A DNA stretch of 64,000 nt. Origin: Oikopleura dioica. Its lineage: Eukaryota > Animalia > Chordata. How positions within the stretch are numbered: the stretch's first letter is position 1; each line of letters opens with the position of its first letter. The notes under the pieces were generated by a model that did no database searches, was not told the origin of the DNA, and worked only from the letters and a program-made list of their open reading frames with translations. Below are positions 11,021 to 24,900 of the stretch, in pieces. Location: the NCBI GenBank assembly GCA_907165135.1, contig OU015567.1, positions 13,144,001-13,208,000 of the forward strand, read 5' to 3'. Both the position numbers and the translations under genes were made by a program.

Positions 11021-13394
11021 TCAAATTGAACTCTGAAGATGCAGTTTGAGAAGAATTCCAAAGGAGGCGAAGAAAACTGTGGAAGTCAAAGCCAGCGCCC
11101 AAAAATGACTAAAATGTAACTCAAATTTCTATGTTCTTATCATGTTCAGAATATATAATTAACTCTACTTATTGAATTCTTTTATAAAAAACTTCATTAC
11201 ACTGGGTGCTCATTTTTTTATCATAATCTGAAATTGGGCGGCCCAATTTGGGCCACAAAATGGTCGTCATTCTTATACGTACCTGAACATCTTTCCATAG
11301 AAGCGCCAAGCAAGTGTTAAATCTTCTTCGGAGAACGAAATCGCATTTTCTAAAATTGAATTTATTACGCGGTGTAATTTACATTAATCATGCCAATTAC
11401 AAGTAAATATATTTTTAAAGAAGGTACCTTTTAAAGTCACCGTGTCTAGTGATGCACGTTTTTTATATTTTTCCTGCGGTTTTTCCTTTTCCGCTTTGTG
11501 GAGGATGACAGCCGGGATCACATAGCTCGCAAAATGAATTTTTTCGTAAAATTTTGCCGAGTAAAACGAAAACTTTGCTTTATAAATTGTAAAATTCTGC
11601 ACTTGATCGGGGGTCTTATCTTCGTTCCAAAGAACCATTACTGTGGTAAAAACGAGTTATATTAGGGCAAAAGAGAATAATACGTACCTGTTAGAATTTG
11701 AGCAAACACACTTGACAAGGTGCTCACAAGAAACAGAAGCAGTAATTCTGGGGAGGAGCTGGTCAGATTTTTGAAATCGAAGCATATAATAGAATTCCTA
11801 TTCTATTTGAGCGACATTCTGTCAAATATGTGTCAATCACTTTTAAAATTTCAAATAAGCCTAAGAGCGCCAAAAACTGGAATCGATTGTGTCAAAACGT
11901 CAAGATAGACAACAATTGTCAAGAGCATGGTCACCTTAATTATCATTGAGCCAACTTACCTTCAATCGTATTTTTAGGTATAAAATCTTATAACAATGAT
12001 TTTATTTTATTCCATACCTGAAACCCTATTGCCTCGCCACTGCTGACGGGTATCCAAAGCCCTAAAGTCCGTTAAATTGTGAACAATTATCCATCTTTAC
12101 CTAGGCACACTAGAATATTCATGCAAATAAGTGGGTAAAACAAGGTAATTTGATAATAGATAATATTTCGCTTCAGCGAAAACGTCGTCGAAAAGGTGGA
12201 AAAGACGCTTCCATCTGGTCCTTCTTTTTCAGAAATTTCAAACTAAAAGAGTATTTTTGAAAGAGATGGAGTGTGTTTACCTTGTAGGCTTTGAACTGCC
12301 ACTCTTCGTTTTCCTGGTAGAAGGCATTATACAAAACGTCTTCTTGAGTGTCATCATAATCCAATCCTGTCATGTTTGAGACGTCGCCCTGATATCCGTT
12401 TCGCTTGATCCATCGAGAAGCTGAGAATTTCAGCTCTTCGGTTTTAAATCCTGGTGTAGCGATGTCAATCGAGCATTCTTGCGAGTCGAATGGATACAAG
12501 CCCAATTGCATGTCGCACATAATAAGAGCTCGTACTTTTTCGTAGTAGAACACTTCGCCAATGTGGGAGACGTGAAATCGCGTCGATTCTTGACCCTTTT
12601 TCTGGTTCAATTTTTACGTCAGATCGTCAGTTTTTCGCAACTTAGCATATTACGCGGAAATTAAGCCATATTTTAGCGACTAGTAAAAGCAGAAACAGAG
12701 GCCTGAGATTTTCCCATAGTACAATGGTTGATCCTCGATTGGGAAGGGCACTTTATCTCGTCGCTTCCCAATCGAGGACTCGGCGCGCGCTTCCCAATCG
12801 AGGATCAACCATAGTACGTCCTGTAGTGATCCACTTGTCGACATTGGATATTTCAAGCTTTGGTTTCCAAAAACATTCGTTGCAGAGTGACATTTTCTGG
12901 ATCAGATCGTAATCTTCGGGAAACCATGCGAGTCTACTGTCGAACCAGGAAGAGTGAATTTCAAAAGTGACATCCATCAACGAGCCAGCGAGGTCGATTT
13001 CGTTAATGCTAATCAACTCGAGAAAAATGTCAACCTTGATGACGTTGTTGTCACGCCGAACGATCTCGTTGCCTTCACGCTTGTATCTTGGGTTGAGCGG
13101 AGAGATGCTCCTTTGGTAACCTTCTTCTAGCTGCACCAAAAGTTTCTCCTCCGTGAACTCTGCATCTTTATTCCCAAAAAGGAAGGTCCCATTTATCCTG
13201 CCTATCGGTATCACAACTTAGTGACACCTTACCCCATCATTTTTGAAGAAAACACTGAACCACGGTCGGGTCTATCATTTCTTTTTCAACTACTTGTATC
13301 TTACGGGTATCGTGGGACCTATACGCAGGATAATTGCGGCCTTCACGAAGTGAGAAGCGAAGAGAAATTTCAAGAGAAAAATCAAGACTTTCAT
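11021..13394 (-). CDS. Cys-loop pentameric ligand-gated ion channel subunit (5-HT3/nAChR-like, probably cation-selective)
   Basis: Signal peptide MKVLIFLLKFLF; W.D.RL.W; FWKPKLEISN; Cys-loop CDMQLGLYPFDSQEC; M1-M2 linker LWIPVSSGEAIGFQ; M2 VTMLLTIVVYLDVLTQSIP; M4 LVIFWALALTSTVFF before TGA at 11021-11023. Confidence 0.88.
12722..12814. mobile_element. 93-bp MITE (family A), TA TSD, Tc1/mariner-type ends
   Basis: TA|CAATGGTTGATCCTCGATTGGGAAG...CTTCCCAATCGAGGATCAACCATAG|TA with an internal extra CTTCCCAATCGAGGA; relative at 46930. Confidence 0.85.
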
Positions 13395-13888
13395 TTATTT
13401 GTGATAGAAAATTTCATCAGGTGGCATCTTTTATACTCGCGCAAAAGTATTGCACCAAATTTATAGCCGCAAATTATGATTGTCGACAATGCTGCTTATA
13501 CCATCAAAACGCCAATTATGCCACGATAATCCCATAAAATTACACGGTAGAAAGCTTTTGTCACAAAATATGCTGTATTTTTTGCGAGTGAAAAATTTCT
13601 TTCTTTTATAATTTGTGAGGTCTTTTTGGAACAAGCATTATTCTTTCATCGTCTTTAATGAAATCAAGGAAGAAAATCAAGTCAGATTCAGTATTTTCAT
13701 CGCATTCCTTGCTTTTTCTGAGATAGGTCAAAGTTCATTATATTAAAAAAGAGTTTTGAATAGGAGAAAAAGTGTACGAGAAAAACATATTTGCGGATGA
13801 GTATTTTTATATCTCCTTCACAAAATTTCTATTTGGATAGCCCATATAAAATGCTTGGCTCAAACGATATTCTTGGACAAAGAGAAAA

Positions 13889-15632
13889 ATGCTATCTTAT
13901 ATAGCTGCCACAGTATTTTCGCTTTTCTTATGTCGATTTTTGCAAATATGGCTCAAGTACAAATTCCATCCGATTCCAAGTCATCCTTACCCGCTTCGAA
14001 AAGATTTGAACGCAGAGGTCATCGGGAGAGCTGTTAAAAATGGAACACTCCCCAAAATTTTTCGACCAAAGATGTTTCCGTTCTCTTCCTACAGCAATGG
14101 TTACATTCTCACTGATTTCAAGATGATCAAAGAAGCTTTTTCGCAAAAAGAACTTTCGAACAGAGAGGGGTCAGAAAAACAGAGCCAAGAGATAGCCAGC
14201 GACAGGGCATTCATCGGACTTGATAAAAAGGCGCATGAAATTCTTGGTCCAGATGACCAACTTATAAAAAACGGCCCTGGAAATTTCATCGGCATCGGAG
14301 ATGGCCCATATGATGCTGTGCACAAATCATTCAGACAAATGTGGTTTGATACCTCAAAACGACTCACCGGAAAGAACCGAATGATCGAAATCATGCAGCA
14401 AAGTTCCAGCTCTGTGAACGAGATTTTACTCCGGGAAGGGAGCAAAGAAAGTGGCATGGATCCAAAAAGAGTATTTATGAACGGAACAATGAATGTCATC
14501 ACCGGCTTTGCTTTTGGAAACACCATGGAATTCGACGATCCAGGTACTGATAATTTCAAATATTTTCATACTTCATAAATGGTTTTTTAGTCTTCAAAGA
14601 AATCGCCAACGCTGTGACTACAATATTTAAATTTTTCAGCGTTTCAATTTTGAAAAGAACCATTGCCGGAAAAGTCCCATCTTGGGTCACTAGAAATTTT
14701 GTTTATCAGAGAATTTGGCACAGTTTTCTCAAAGAAAGAAACGAAGTCGTTCTAAAGTTTCACGAGTTTCTTCACAAACAAATCGTTAACCATCGGATCG
14801 ACTTGGACAAAAACAACCCTCGGGACTATCTTGGTAATAGCGAACTGTTTTTTCTTTCCTTTATTTCAAGATATGCTTCTTATTGCTGCTGAGAAAGAAA
14901 AACGACTTGGGTATGATGTCGTGGTCGCTACAGTTCTTGGAATATATCTTGGAGCGAGCGATACTCTTGCGTAAGATAAACTAAAAAGTAGAGAAAAAAG
15001 AACAATTTTATAGAAACCAACTCTCGTGGTTCTGCGTCACTCTTGCTGATCACCCAGAAGTACAAGAAAAGATGTACGAGGAAATAATCGCTTCTCTTGA
15101 TAATGAGAATGAAATCAAGAAGGAGAACTGCCCCTTTACGAGATCAGTTTTGCTTGAATGCCAAAGATGGAATCCCGTCGTCGATAGTTTGCTCCACCGA
15201 GCGTCGGAAGACATTGTTGTCGACGGAGTTTTTATTGAAAAAGGCTCCACTCTTCAAGGTTTGAAAAGGATTTTCTCGCAAATCGTGATTTCTAGCATCT
15301 CTGACGGCTGTAATGCACAACCCAGCAAACTTTCCGGAGCCAGAAAAGTTCATCCCTGATCGATTTTACAAAAACGGAGAGTTCGTTAATGACGTTAAAG
15401 TAGTCAGCTTCTCCATCGGCCTTCGGAACTGCATTGGCAAACAGATTGCAATCGATGAGTATTTCATTTTCACGACGAATATCATTCGCGACTTCCGCTT
15501 ATCTAGGTATGTACAGAGATCGTTGTGCATAATTTACTTGTTTTTAGAAAATCGAAATCTATGAAGATCGCGAACCATCGATTTTTACGAATCCCCGAAG
15601 AAGGCCACGTTCGATTCGAAAAACGCAATTAA
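13889..15632 (+). CDS. Cytochrome P450 (clan 2-like), multi-exon
   Basis: N-terminal anchor; I-helix GIYLGASDT; K-helix ECQR; PEKFIPDRF; heme motif FSIGLRNCIG; stop at 15630-15632. Confidence 0.93.
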
Positions 15633-15679
15633 TCTACTTTCTTCTTCGCTGAAATAAAACAGATCTTGATTGTAATTTC

Positions 15680-16021
15680 TCAATGAAGTTCAAGAAAAAG
15701 CTGGGCGGACTCCGAACCAGCTTGAGCCTTGCCCAAACACATGCTCAAGGCGAGTGGATTGAACTTGTTTACGAATGCGGCTTTGCCTGTCAAAACAAAA
15801 TGTTGGGTACTTGGCTTTTCAATACTCTGCCCAGTTTTTGAAGAAATAAAAGAGCAAGCTCGTGTTTCCGCTTGACCATTGTCCAAGTGTGCCTTAATTG
15901 CTTTCTGTTTACTTTTTCGCAATATCACTTTGATGAGAGACTTTTGATGCAGACTCCGCGGCTTTGGCGAAGAATACTGTATTATTCCTTTATTAAAACG
16001 AATATCTTTTATACAAAACAT
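15680..16021 (-). CDS. Possible terminal exon of an unidentified gene, convergent with the P450
   Basis: 113-aa ORF with coding-like composition; no family recognised. Confidence 0.25.
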   Translation of the reverse strand: MFCIKDIRFNKGIIQYSSPKPRSLHQKSLIKVILRKSKQKAIKAHLDNGQAETRACSFISSKTGQSIEKPSTQHFVLTGKAAFVNKFNPLALSMCLGKAQAGSESAQLFLELH

Positions 16022-17899
16022 TAGTTAAAGACCATTCGATGATAATTTTTTCGTTGGCGGAAGATAGTCCTCATTTATGTACTAATTAGTCCATTTTTCG
16101 CAGCGGAGGAAGTGATATCACGCCAGTGAAATTTTTCACGCCTTACTGACCGACAAAGCGAGTAGATCATACCTAGTACTAATGATGCACAATGCCCTGA
16201 TCGTATCAAGCCCAAAATACGACATTGAAATGGTTATTTGAAAGTTTTAATCAACCTAAAAAAGTGCTCTGAATATAAATCGATTAGCTTATGTTTTTTG
16301 TAAGTGACTCAATTATTTCCGCAAACGAATCAGACTTTTTGAACAGTAAATTTTTAAATTCCCCTTTCAATTTAGATAATTTAACCTTCTGCCGCTCTTG
16401 GGCTCAATTTTCCTGTCAAATTATTCAATCGCTAATCTGACAATTTCGTTATTGAACCTTTTCAAAAGCTTCCTCCTTATTTATTCCTTTATTTAGCGAG
16501 AATATCAGCATTAACCTTTTTTTAATGAGTATTACGTCGAAATACTGTATACTTTCATATAATTTTTTTTCTGAAAAAGGACCCCTAGCCTGTCAAACTT
16601 TTGTAGGCTGTCTAAGTGGGGTCGCTCGGGCGCCGCGCCTCAAATCGCTAACGCGCGAATTTTTACCATCTTCTTATGGACCTAACTTTCTCAAATTAGC
16701 CTTTTCACAACTTTCCCCTTTCTCACCTTTACAAAGTACTTTTGCCGCTTTTTCGAATTGATAGAAAGAGAGAGGAAGTCAAAAAGAGATTCCATTCAGA
16801 ATATTCTTGGACGGACGTTTTTCTTGGCAGAATTTAAATGACAAGCTGATTGAGAAGAAAGAAACGACAGATTCTTAGAACATGAAGATATCGGTTCTAC
16901 TAGCCCAAGTAAGTAAAAAAGATTCCATCAACTAAAAAGATGAGCAACAATTGGGTGCCCAAAATTAATGACGCGATCAAGAATGGTACCCCTTTTTATA
17001 ATCAAAGATTTCTTGATAAAATTGATATCTTTTACAATTTTCGTCAGTGAATTTGCCCGGGGGATGTCGAACGTGCCCTCAGGGGTGCGTTTTAGTACGT
17101 ACTGTGTTTTGGTCAAGCGCTGAAGGAATCAACACTGGATTATCGTTGAACACTGGACGCGTCAAAAAATACCCTTCGCCCCAATTTCGTGCAATTTGAT
17201 AATGACCTCTTAATCTTCTCAAATGAGTGCTTTTTCCGCAGTTTAGGACCTCCTCTCTTGATCAAGAAAAAATTGAAGCGTATAATGCTAAATAGTCTTT
17301 TTATGTATGATCTCTTGCCAAGGGGTGTCCCGGACACGGGTTTTTTTCGACAACAAGAGGGGCGGAAACTAAGTTTAGAATTTTAAAGATTCCAAAAACG
17401 CAACTTCAAAGGGGCTCTTTGTCAATACAACTCCTGGAACTCGAAGGTGTTTATTCAAAAACTTATATCAGAAAAATAACTGTTTCGCTGGAGGAAGCAA
17501 GTTCCGGCTGATTATTGTTTTATGTCGCTTCTTCAGAGAGAAAGGAACGTTTTACTACTTCCGCGCATGTCCCCCATCATTGCCTGCGCGGGTGATTAAT
17601 AGCCGCCAATGAATTTGTTCTGAACATGCTATAAAGAGGAAAAATCGCTATATTTTCGGATTCGGGAAAATCGAAAATTTTGCTAATTTCTCCAATAAGA
17701 AAGTTTTAATGATTGATTTGGAGACGGTTCTAGTGCCTATTAGTGAAATTTTCAGGTGTAGAAAGATTCAAGGCGTGAAATTCCGAAAATAGCTACCGTA
17801 GCTGCGTCTCCATATTTTTTTCAATATTGACTTCAAGTTCTTTCGAGGAGAAGATGCGGGTGGCAATTTTCTGCGTGACCGAGCGCTCGCGGTTGCCGA

Positions 17900-17970
17900 T
17901 CACGTGTTTGATGATGGGCGAAGGGACTTTCTGTTGATGATCACCATGTGACACCGGAAGTGACCTCTGA
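17900..17970 (+). ncRNA. Candidate box C/D-like RNA, or promoter motif cluster (E-box, ETS)
   Basis: TGATGA (17909-14), second TGATGA (17935-40), CTGA (17967-70); also CACGTG (17901) and ACCGGAAGTG (about 17952). Confidence 0.2.
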
Positions 17971-18931
17971 GGGTCGTGGCTTACGCGTGGCTACAGATTG
18001 TCTAGACTCTAGACGCGAAAGGTTACGGCTCCCGAAAATAGGGAAAAACTACATTTTGGATAACCCAAATTAGAATTTTTAGTCTGCGAGTGAAAAAGTC
18101 AAGATCAACGCCGTAATTATGACAAAACTTCATCGATAATATTTGAGCTCCCGTTTGCGGACTTGGCCGTTTCCGCATTCCCCAGTTTGCTTCCCTGAGT
18201 TTTTTTTTCTTGAGAAGTGTAAGATTCAATAATTCAATCGACTTATTCGCGTAATAATTCAGAATCGTACATTCTTTGTTGGCATAAAAAGTGCGTCAAA
18301 ATGCGGTGACAGCATTTCTAAGCCACTCGAACATGTTTTGGTGCTCTCTGTCGGAGGTGTTTGGCGCTTGGAGTTGATCCAAGACTGCCGCCTCGCTCCA
18401 CTGTCAATTTCTGTTCTTGCGGTTTTTCTGACTCAATTCGGATTTATTTTAAATGATATTTCGATTCACGAGCTTTTCTCAAATCTTTGCTCAAGCTGTT
18501 TTATACTGTTTTGTTTATTCAAAAAACGCAACAAACAAAAACAGCTTATCCGTTTTGAAAGAGTGTCGCTCTTTTTCAAAATCATGAAATTGGGCGAGAA
18601 ATTTGTTGTTTTAAAGATACCGCACCTTGCTAAATAGGGATTTTTCCTTCACACCTGAAAATCTAAATAATGTGCCAAACAGCCAAACATGCCAAAAAAG
18701 ACGCCAAACAACAAGATTCCGGAGTTTTCTTGAAATTGAGTACCCATCACCTTGAAAAGGAACTTTTCTTCTGCCTCCTTTGAAATTTCAAAAAAGGGAT
18801 TATTTCCGGCGAATAAAACAATTCAAGTTTATCCCGCTCGTCGATCAGCGTACCACTCGCTACGCGACTTGCTGAAGTTTTTTTTGATTGATCATTTTTC
18901 CAGGGAGGAAAAAGCTAAAAACCTGCTTTAG

Positions 18932-21900
18932 GTGGCTTGGAGCTCATGCACGGATTGCACGAAGCGGAACAAGATCAGGGAAGAAGTGACGAAAATTAGA
19001 TTGAGGAGGGATATTGGAAACACGCAGCAAGAAAATTTACTCAATGAAGGTGTTATTTCAGGTAAGCTCGAATCCCTTTCCTATTTATAATTTTTTCGAA
19101 AAGGCCGAGAAACAATCTCTCTCGCAAATCCGCTCAAGAAAAGCTGGAAATGGACCCAAGACGAGTGGAAATTTGAAGACGACTTTGTTCAGCCAAGTTT
19201 TGTCCTCAAGATGAACGAGATGAACACAGAACCGGCAAACTTACGCGACCAGTTCAGTAAGCTCAAAGCCGTCCACACCACTGATGATGAGGATCTCATG
19301 ATCGAAGGCTCTGGCGAAGAGTTTTCAGGAGACGGCAACTTCGAGAGTGACTATGGCTTCGCTGATTATGATGAAACTTATATGAAAGAAAACAAGCCCG
19401 ATTCAAATGATAAATCTTCACCAGCAACAGAAGAAATTTCATCAACAACTAATCCGCCTTCAACTAGCACTACTTCAACAACAACCACTTCTACTTCAAC
19501 TGTTAGCACAACTACTTCAAAGCAACCAACAACCACGACAACTTCAACGACCACGAAAACTTCTACAACCACACAAACTTCTACCACAACGACAACAACT
19601 ACGACAACGACAAGCACTACTAGTACAACAACTCTTCCTCAGACGACCTCTTCAACATCGACGACTTCTAAAACATCCCGTCTTACAAGCAGTGCTAGCC
19701 ACTCATCACCACAGTCGTTGTACTCATCCTATTGTTATCGTTACAGCCGTGCCCGAGTCAATTTTGGCAGTTCCATCGACATGGCTGGCCAGACAGAATG
19801 GAACTACGATTCCCCCACAGAGCGCAACAATCGTTTTCTCTTCGAAAGCGAGCGTATAATGCGTGTCTTCGAAGAAGAATACGATCGAATCCCTGGCCAC
19901 TACGAAGTCACTCCAATTCAAATCAAAGAAGTCAATGGCGATGTCATGGTCTTCATCGACATAGGCTGTCAATTGGTCAATTCTGCTTGTGATGCTGACG
20001 ATACTGAAGAATTTTTGAAGAGTATTGTCGAAATGAAATACATTGAAAACTATGTTCTGAAAGAAAATGGATTTAGATTTACTGATCTGGGTATGCAAGG
20101 ATGTGATAACTACGTTATCCCACCAACCATCACTCCTGATGTTGTCGATGTCAGTGGCCCCGAGTCATCAGAATACGAATATGAACCTATTGAATATGAC
20201 TTGCCCGAGAGAACCACTACAACTGAGATGCCAAAAGCAACTGCCCCAAGAACAACTCCTAAGAGCACTAAATACATGACAAAATACACTGCTCAGAATG
20301 GATATGACAATATTCAGTGCAATCAGTACACAGAAATGAGATGTCACAATGGCAAAGATTGTATTGATAGATCTCAAGCATGCGATGGAGTAAAAGACTG
20401 CTCTGACGGATCTGACGAGTGGGGATGTGGAACTTTTGAAGGCGGTGCTGGAGAATGTGAGCCAAACGAATTCATGTGTGGAAACGGCAAGTGCGGATCG
20501 AAAGTATGGCTCTGCGATGGCGACATGGACTGTGCCAATGCCTTTGACGAGAGCGAATGTCCAGCAAGCTTTGAGGGTCCATGTGAGAGCACCCAGTTTC
20601 AGTGCAAAGCGAGCGGTAACTGCATTCCCAAGTCTTACCAATGCGATGATCACCCTGATTGCTCCGACAGTTCTGATGAGCTTGATTGCGCCGCTCCGAC
20701 TGTAACAAATCCACCACTTCCTGAAGTGCATGCTTCTGTTGGCAGCACTGTTGTCCTTGAATGCACAGCGGTAGGAACTCCAATGCCCATTATTTCCTGG
20801 AGAAAAAACTGGGGCCACACTTGCTCCGCGCCAAGATGTGACCAGAAAACCCACCTTGGTCACGGCCGACTCACCATTCGAAACGTCACAAAAGAGGATG
20901 AAGGAGCATATTCTTGCGAGGCGATGAATTCTCGTGGTAATATTATCCCTGTACCTGACGCAGCCCTTTTTGTCCGGAAACCAACCGCCGGACGATGTCC
21001 TGACAATACTTTTAAATCGCCAGACGGAGATTGTTTGAACTGCTGGTGTTCTGGCCAAAGCAGCGCCTGCGCTCAGCTTCATAGAGGTTACGCTCGAGTA
21101 CACCTTGATCCTGATGATTATTCCGAAATCAAACTTGCTCCCCTTGATGATCATGCTTCTTCATTTTACCCCAAGCCCGAGCAAGTCATTCGAGGTCACA
21201 AGAAAATAACACTGATCGATCTTTCAAAGCGCTTTCTTGCTTCTGCTAACTACTGGTCGCTTCAAGAACCATTCTCCGGCAGCATGATCCAGACTTATGG
21301 TGGATCCCTGGAATACACCGTCTCCTTCAAGTCCCAATACGACACGCCGATCGACCTGCCAGATGTAGTGATACAAGCGGCCGATGGTTCGCAACTTTCA
21401 TATCGCTTCCGGACACCAACACTGCCGAATCGGGACAACACCAGACGCGTTTCTTTCCGCGAAGATAACTGGCAAGACATCAATGGCCGGTCAGTCTCAC
21501 GAGAAGACTTTTTGAATGTTTTAGCGAATGTTGCCGGCGTTTTCCTCAGAACAACATATGACGAGAATATGTTCGAGACAAGCTTATCGAATGTGTCCAT
21601 TGAAAAAGTTTCCACTCAGCGAGGATCAAGCTACGTCGAGCATTGTTCTTGCCCATGGGGATTCTCCGGAACTAGCTGTGAGAAATGTGTCGAAGGTCAT
21701 TACAGAAAAGGAAATGAATGCATCGAATGTCCTTGCAATGGATACGAATGCGAGCTTGATGATGTATCCGGTACGGAGCCTATTTGCAAATGCCCGGCTC
21801 ATCTAAATCAGGAAGACTGCTCACTCAAAATTGAGAAAACAACCTCTAAGGCGGCGACAACAACACCAACGACTCAAACAACAACGTCGACGGAAGCTCC

Positions 21901-24900
21901 TGAAGTCTCTCCATGCAATCCAGCTGGGACAGAAAACTTTGATGGTGACTGCAATTGCAAGAATAATACTGTTGGAAGCAGATGCGATCGCTGCAAGATC
22001 AACACTTTCGATGGCCCAAAAGAGGAATATCCAGAAGGCTGTTTAGATTGCTGGTGCTCTGATGTCACAAAGAACTGCAAAGCCTCGAATCTTTTCTTCA
22101 ACAGATTTATTCCACAGGACATGGATAGATTCCCAATCGTCGAGATTAATTCACACGGCGGCCTGGACCAGTTAGAGCGTTCCGATATCAACCACCAGAG
22201 ACAAGGTGGCTACCACGCTCGTACTTATCGAAAAGAGAACTGCTACTGGCTTATTCCTGATCGATTCCTTGGTGACAAGCTAACATATTACGGCGGCTCA
22301 ATGGTCTTCGATATCATCATTGACGGAGAAAGGAACCCTGGCGGACGAGTTGAACTTATTCTGACTGGAAAAGGAAAAACCCTCAAGTATAATTTCGGCG
22401 TCATTCGAGGATCTGTTAATGTCAAAATCTCTGAAAATGCTGGCTGGGAGCTTGAAAATGGAAGGAGTGCAAGTCGGGAGGATATTTTATCAGTACTTGC
22501 AGATATTCAAAGAATCCTTATTCAAGGATGCATTGGATACACTGAATTCTCAGAGATCGCCAACTTCCAAGTAGATATGGCTAGCACTCAAAGTAAAGCC
22601 TTCTTTTATTATTTCTATAAATCAATGTTTTTAGGAAGCTCGATCCCAGCTACATCCGTCGAAAAGTGCTTCTGCCCTCGCGGCTATCGAGGTTTGAGTT
22701 GCGAGGAATGTGCACATGGCTATTTCCGCCTTACCACTGGTCACTGTCAAAAATGCAACTGCGGTGATGACAACGACTGTGAAGACTTTACCGGCGAGTG
22801 CCAGGTGTGTTTGAGAAATAGAACCTTTTAACTTTCCAAGGCGGTAATTAACCAGCGCACCGCATGCGTCCAGCCATATTTTGATAAGCTTATCAGAGCA
22901 CTGTTTACTGCGGCATTGATCCCGTTTGCTCGCCGAGAAAGGTTCTAATTTGAAGTGCGAGTGAACTTTAAGAAACCATATTGTTTGCGTTTTTACTAAA
23001 GTATTTTGTATTTTACTACTCGTTTTTCTAGTGAAGAAACACAAATATTTTTGTTAGGCGTATCTTGGCCAAAACAAGTGTTTAATTATCTTGCACTTTT
23101 ATTTATTATATATTTAAGTCAAAAGTCCTTTGCAATGAAAACCCATCGACCCCTTTGTCTATGCCCTGCTTCTGCATGGGACGATCGGATGACTGTAGCT
23201 TTGACAAGCTCAAATGGAGCACCGTTCAAGCCAAACAACTTACAGGTTTGACTTTTTTCTCTTCAAAATTTTAATATTTTAGGAACCCATTTGACGGACA
23301 AATTCGGCCGATCAAAGGACAATGAAGTTCGAAGTTGTGGAATCGGCTGTTTGTACGCTCCATTGAAGATTTCTGAAAATTATGATGCTTTTTGGACGGT
23401 TCCTTGCAGCGTTCTTGGAGGAGAGCTGGTTCAGTCTTACGGTGCTTCCCTGAGATTTGAGCTTGAGTTCAATGGCCAAGTTCACAACAAGTTAGTTTTG
23501 ATGGAAAATACTTTTAAAACAGTGTTTTATGGACGATGATCTAATAATTTTTGACGTTTAATTATATCTGTGGTCACTCACAATGTATTTAAAAACATCT
23601 TAAAGAAAATTTTGTTCGTGGAGTTATGGTTCTAAAATTTTGTAGGGGTTTCGAATGTGCTATCATCCGTTCCCGCCATGAACCCGATCTGATCCAAAGC
23701 TGTGGTCCATCCCCACACACTAAGGGAGCAAACTCAATCGAGCTCCATGAAAATTCTTTCGCCCGAAGAAACGGAAAATCCGTCACTCGCGAGGATTTCC
23801 TGATGAGCTTGGCAACCTGTGAGACGATCTCAATCCGCGCTCAATACAACAAAGACGGCAGCTCTGTGAAAATCTCAAATGTGGAGATTGACAAAGCTTT
23901 GCCTGACCGAGGCGAGCAAAATGCTGCGACAGTTGAGCTTTGCCAATGTCCAGTTGGATATGAAGGTACAAACTCAACTTAAATCTGATTTCGAATGAAA
24001 ATTCATTTCAGGAACATCTTGCGAAAAATGCACAGATGGATACTACCGCGGAAAAGGCCTTTACCTTGGACAATGCATCCCTTGCGAATGTAATGGAATG
24101 GCAAAGACCTGCAATAAGCACACTGGCGCGTGTATTGTAATTATTTCAATATTTTCAATTCCTTGAAAATGTTATTTCAGGGTTGCCAAGGATCAACTGC
24201 AGGACCAAAATGCGATCAATGTAGACATGGGTATCAAAAAATACGAAGTGGTGATTGCGTCAGAATTCCAGCTGTCCCTTGCCAGACTGATGATGTGAAG
24301 GAGATTTGCAAGGAGCAAATGCTTGATATTGTTTTCCTTGTTGATGGTTCAGGTAAATGGATTGCGGTGAAAACGGCATGCTACCATACTAGCACACGTT
24401 AAAAATTAATTGAGTCTGTTATCCTTAATGTTTGTCAAACAGCAGTGACAAAACTTAAACATTAATACATAAAATCAGATTTATGGTTTTTATAAAAATA
24501 AATTTTAGATTCAATCCCGCCAAACGATTTCGCGAAGATTCAAAAATGGATCTCCAAGTTCACGTCCGACCTGTCTCCCTCCGAACTCACTCAGGCACTA
24601 CGAGTTGTCGTCGTTCAATTCTCCGACATCGTACTGACAAACGTTGATTACCAGCTTAATTCGGCGTCCGACTTGGCCGAGTTTGACTTGCGCTTGGCCG
24701 TGATCCGGCAAATTGCGAAAAACACCATGACGGGCAAGGCGCTTTCTTTCGTCGCTGAAAATACCCTGCCCAGGTGCGTCGAGGATTAATTTTGCTTTTC
24801 CTTTGATACTTTTTGAAATCACTCGTTACGCCTTTGTTTATTAGCTTACGCGCGGAATCGCTCAAGACGATGATTACTTTCACAGATGGTGGCTCACGTG

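Noticed and set aside
10783-11021. Operon linking the ion channel and Gal3ST
   Set aside because: The 237-nt gap is compatible with independent promoters; no sequence evidence of trans-splicing.
16700-17640. Coding-like patches on both strands
   Set aside because: Could not build a consistent spliced ORF or recognise a family.
17820-17975. U3 snoRNA (GAGGAGAAGA, GAGCG, TTGATGATC and CTGA resemble boxes C', B, C, D)
   Set aside because: No box A'/A or 5' domain upstream and spacing does not fit.
19378-21154. Long antisense/alternative ORFs (poly-Val, 328 aa)
   Set aside because: Shadows of the perlecan ORF and its Thr repeats.
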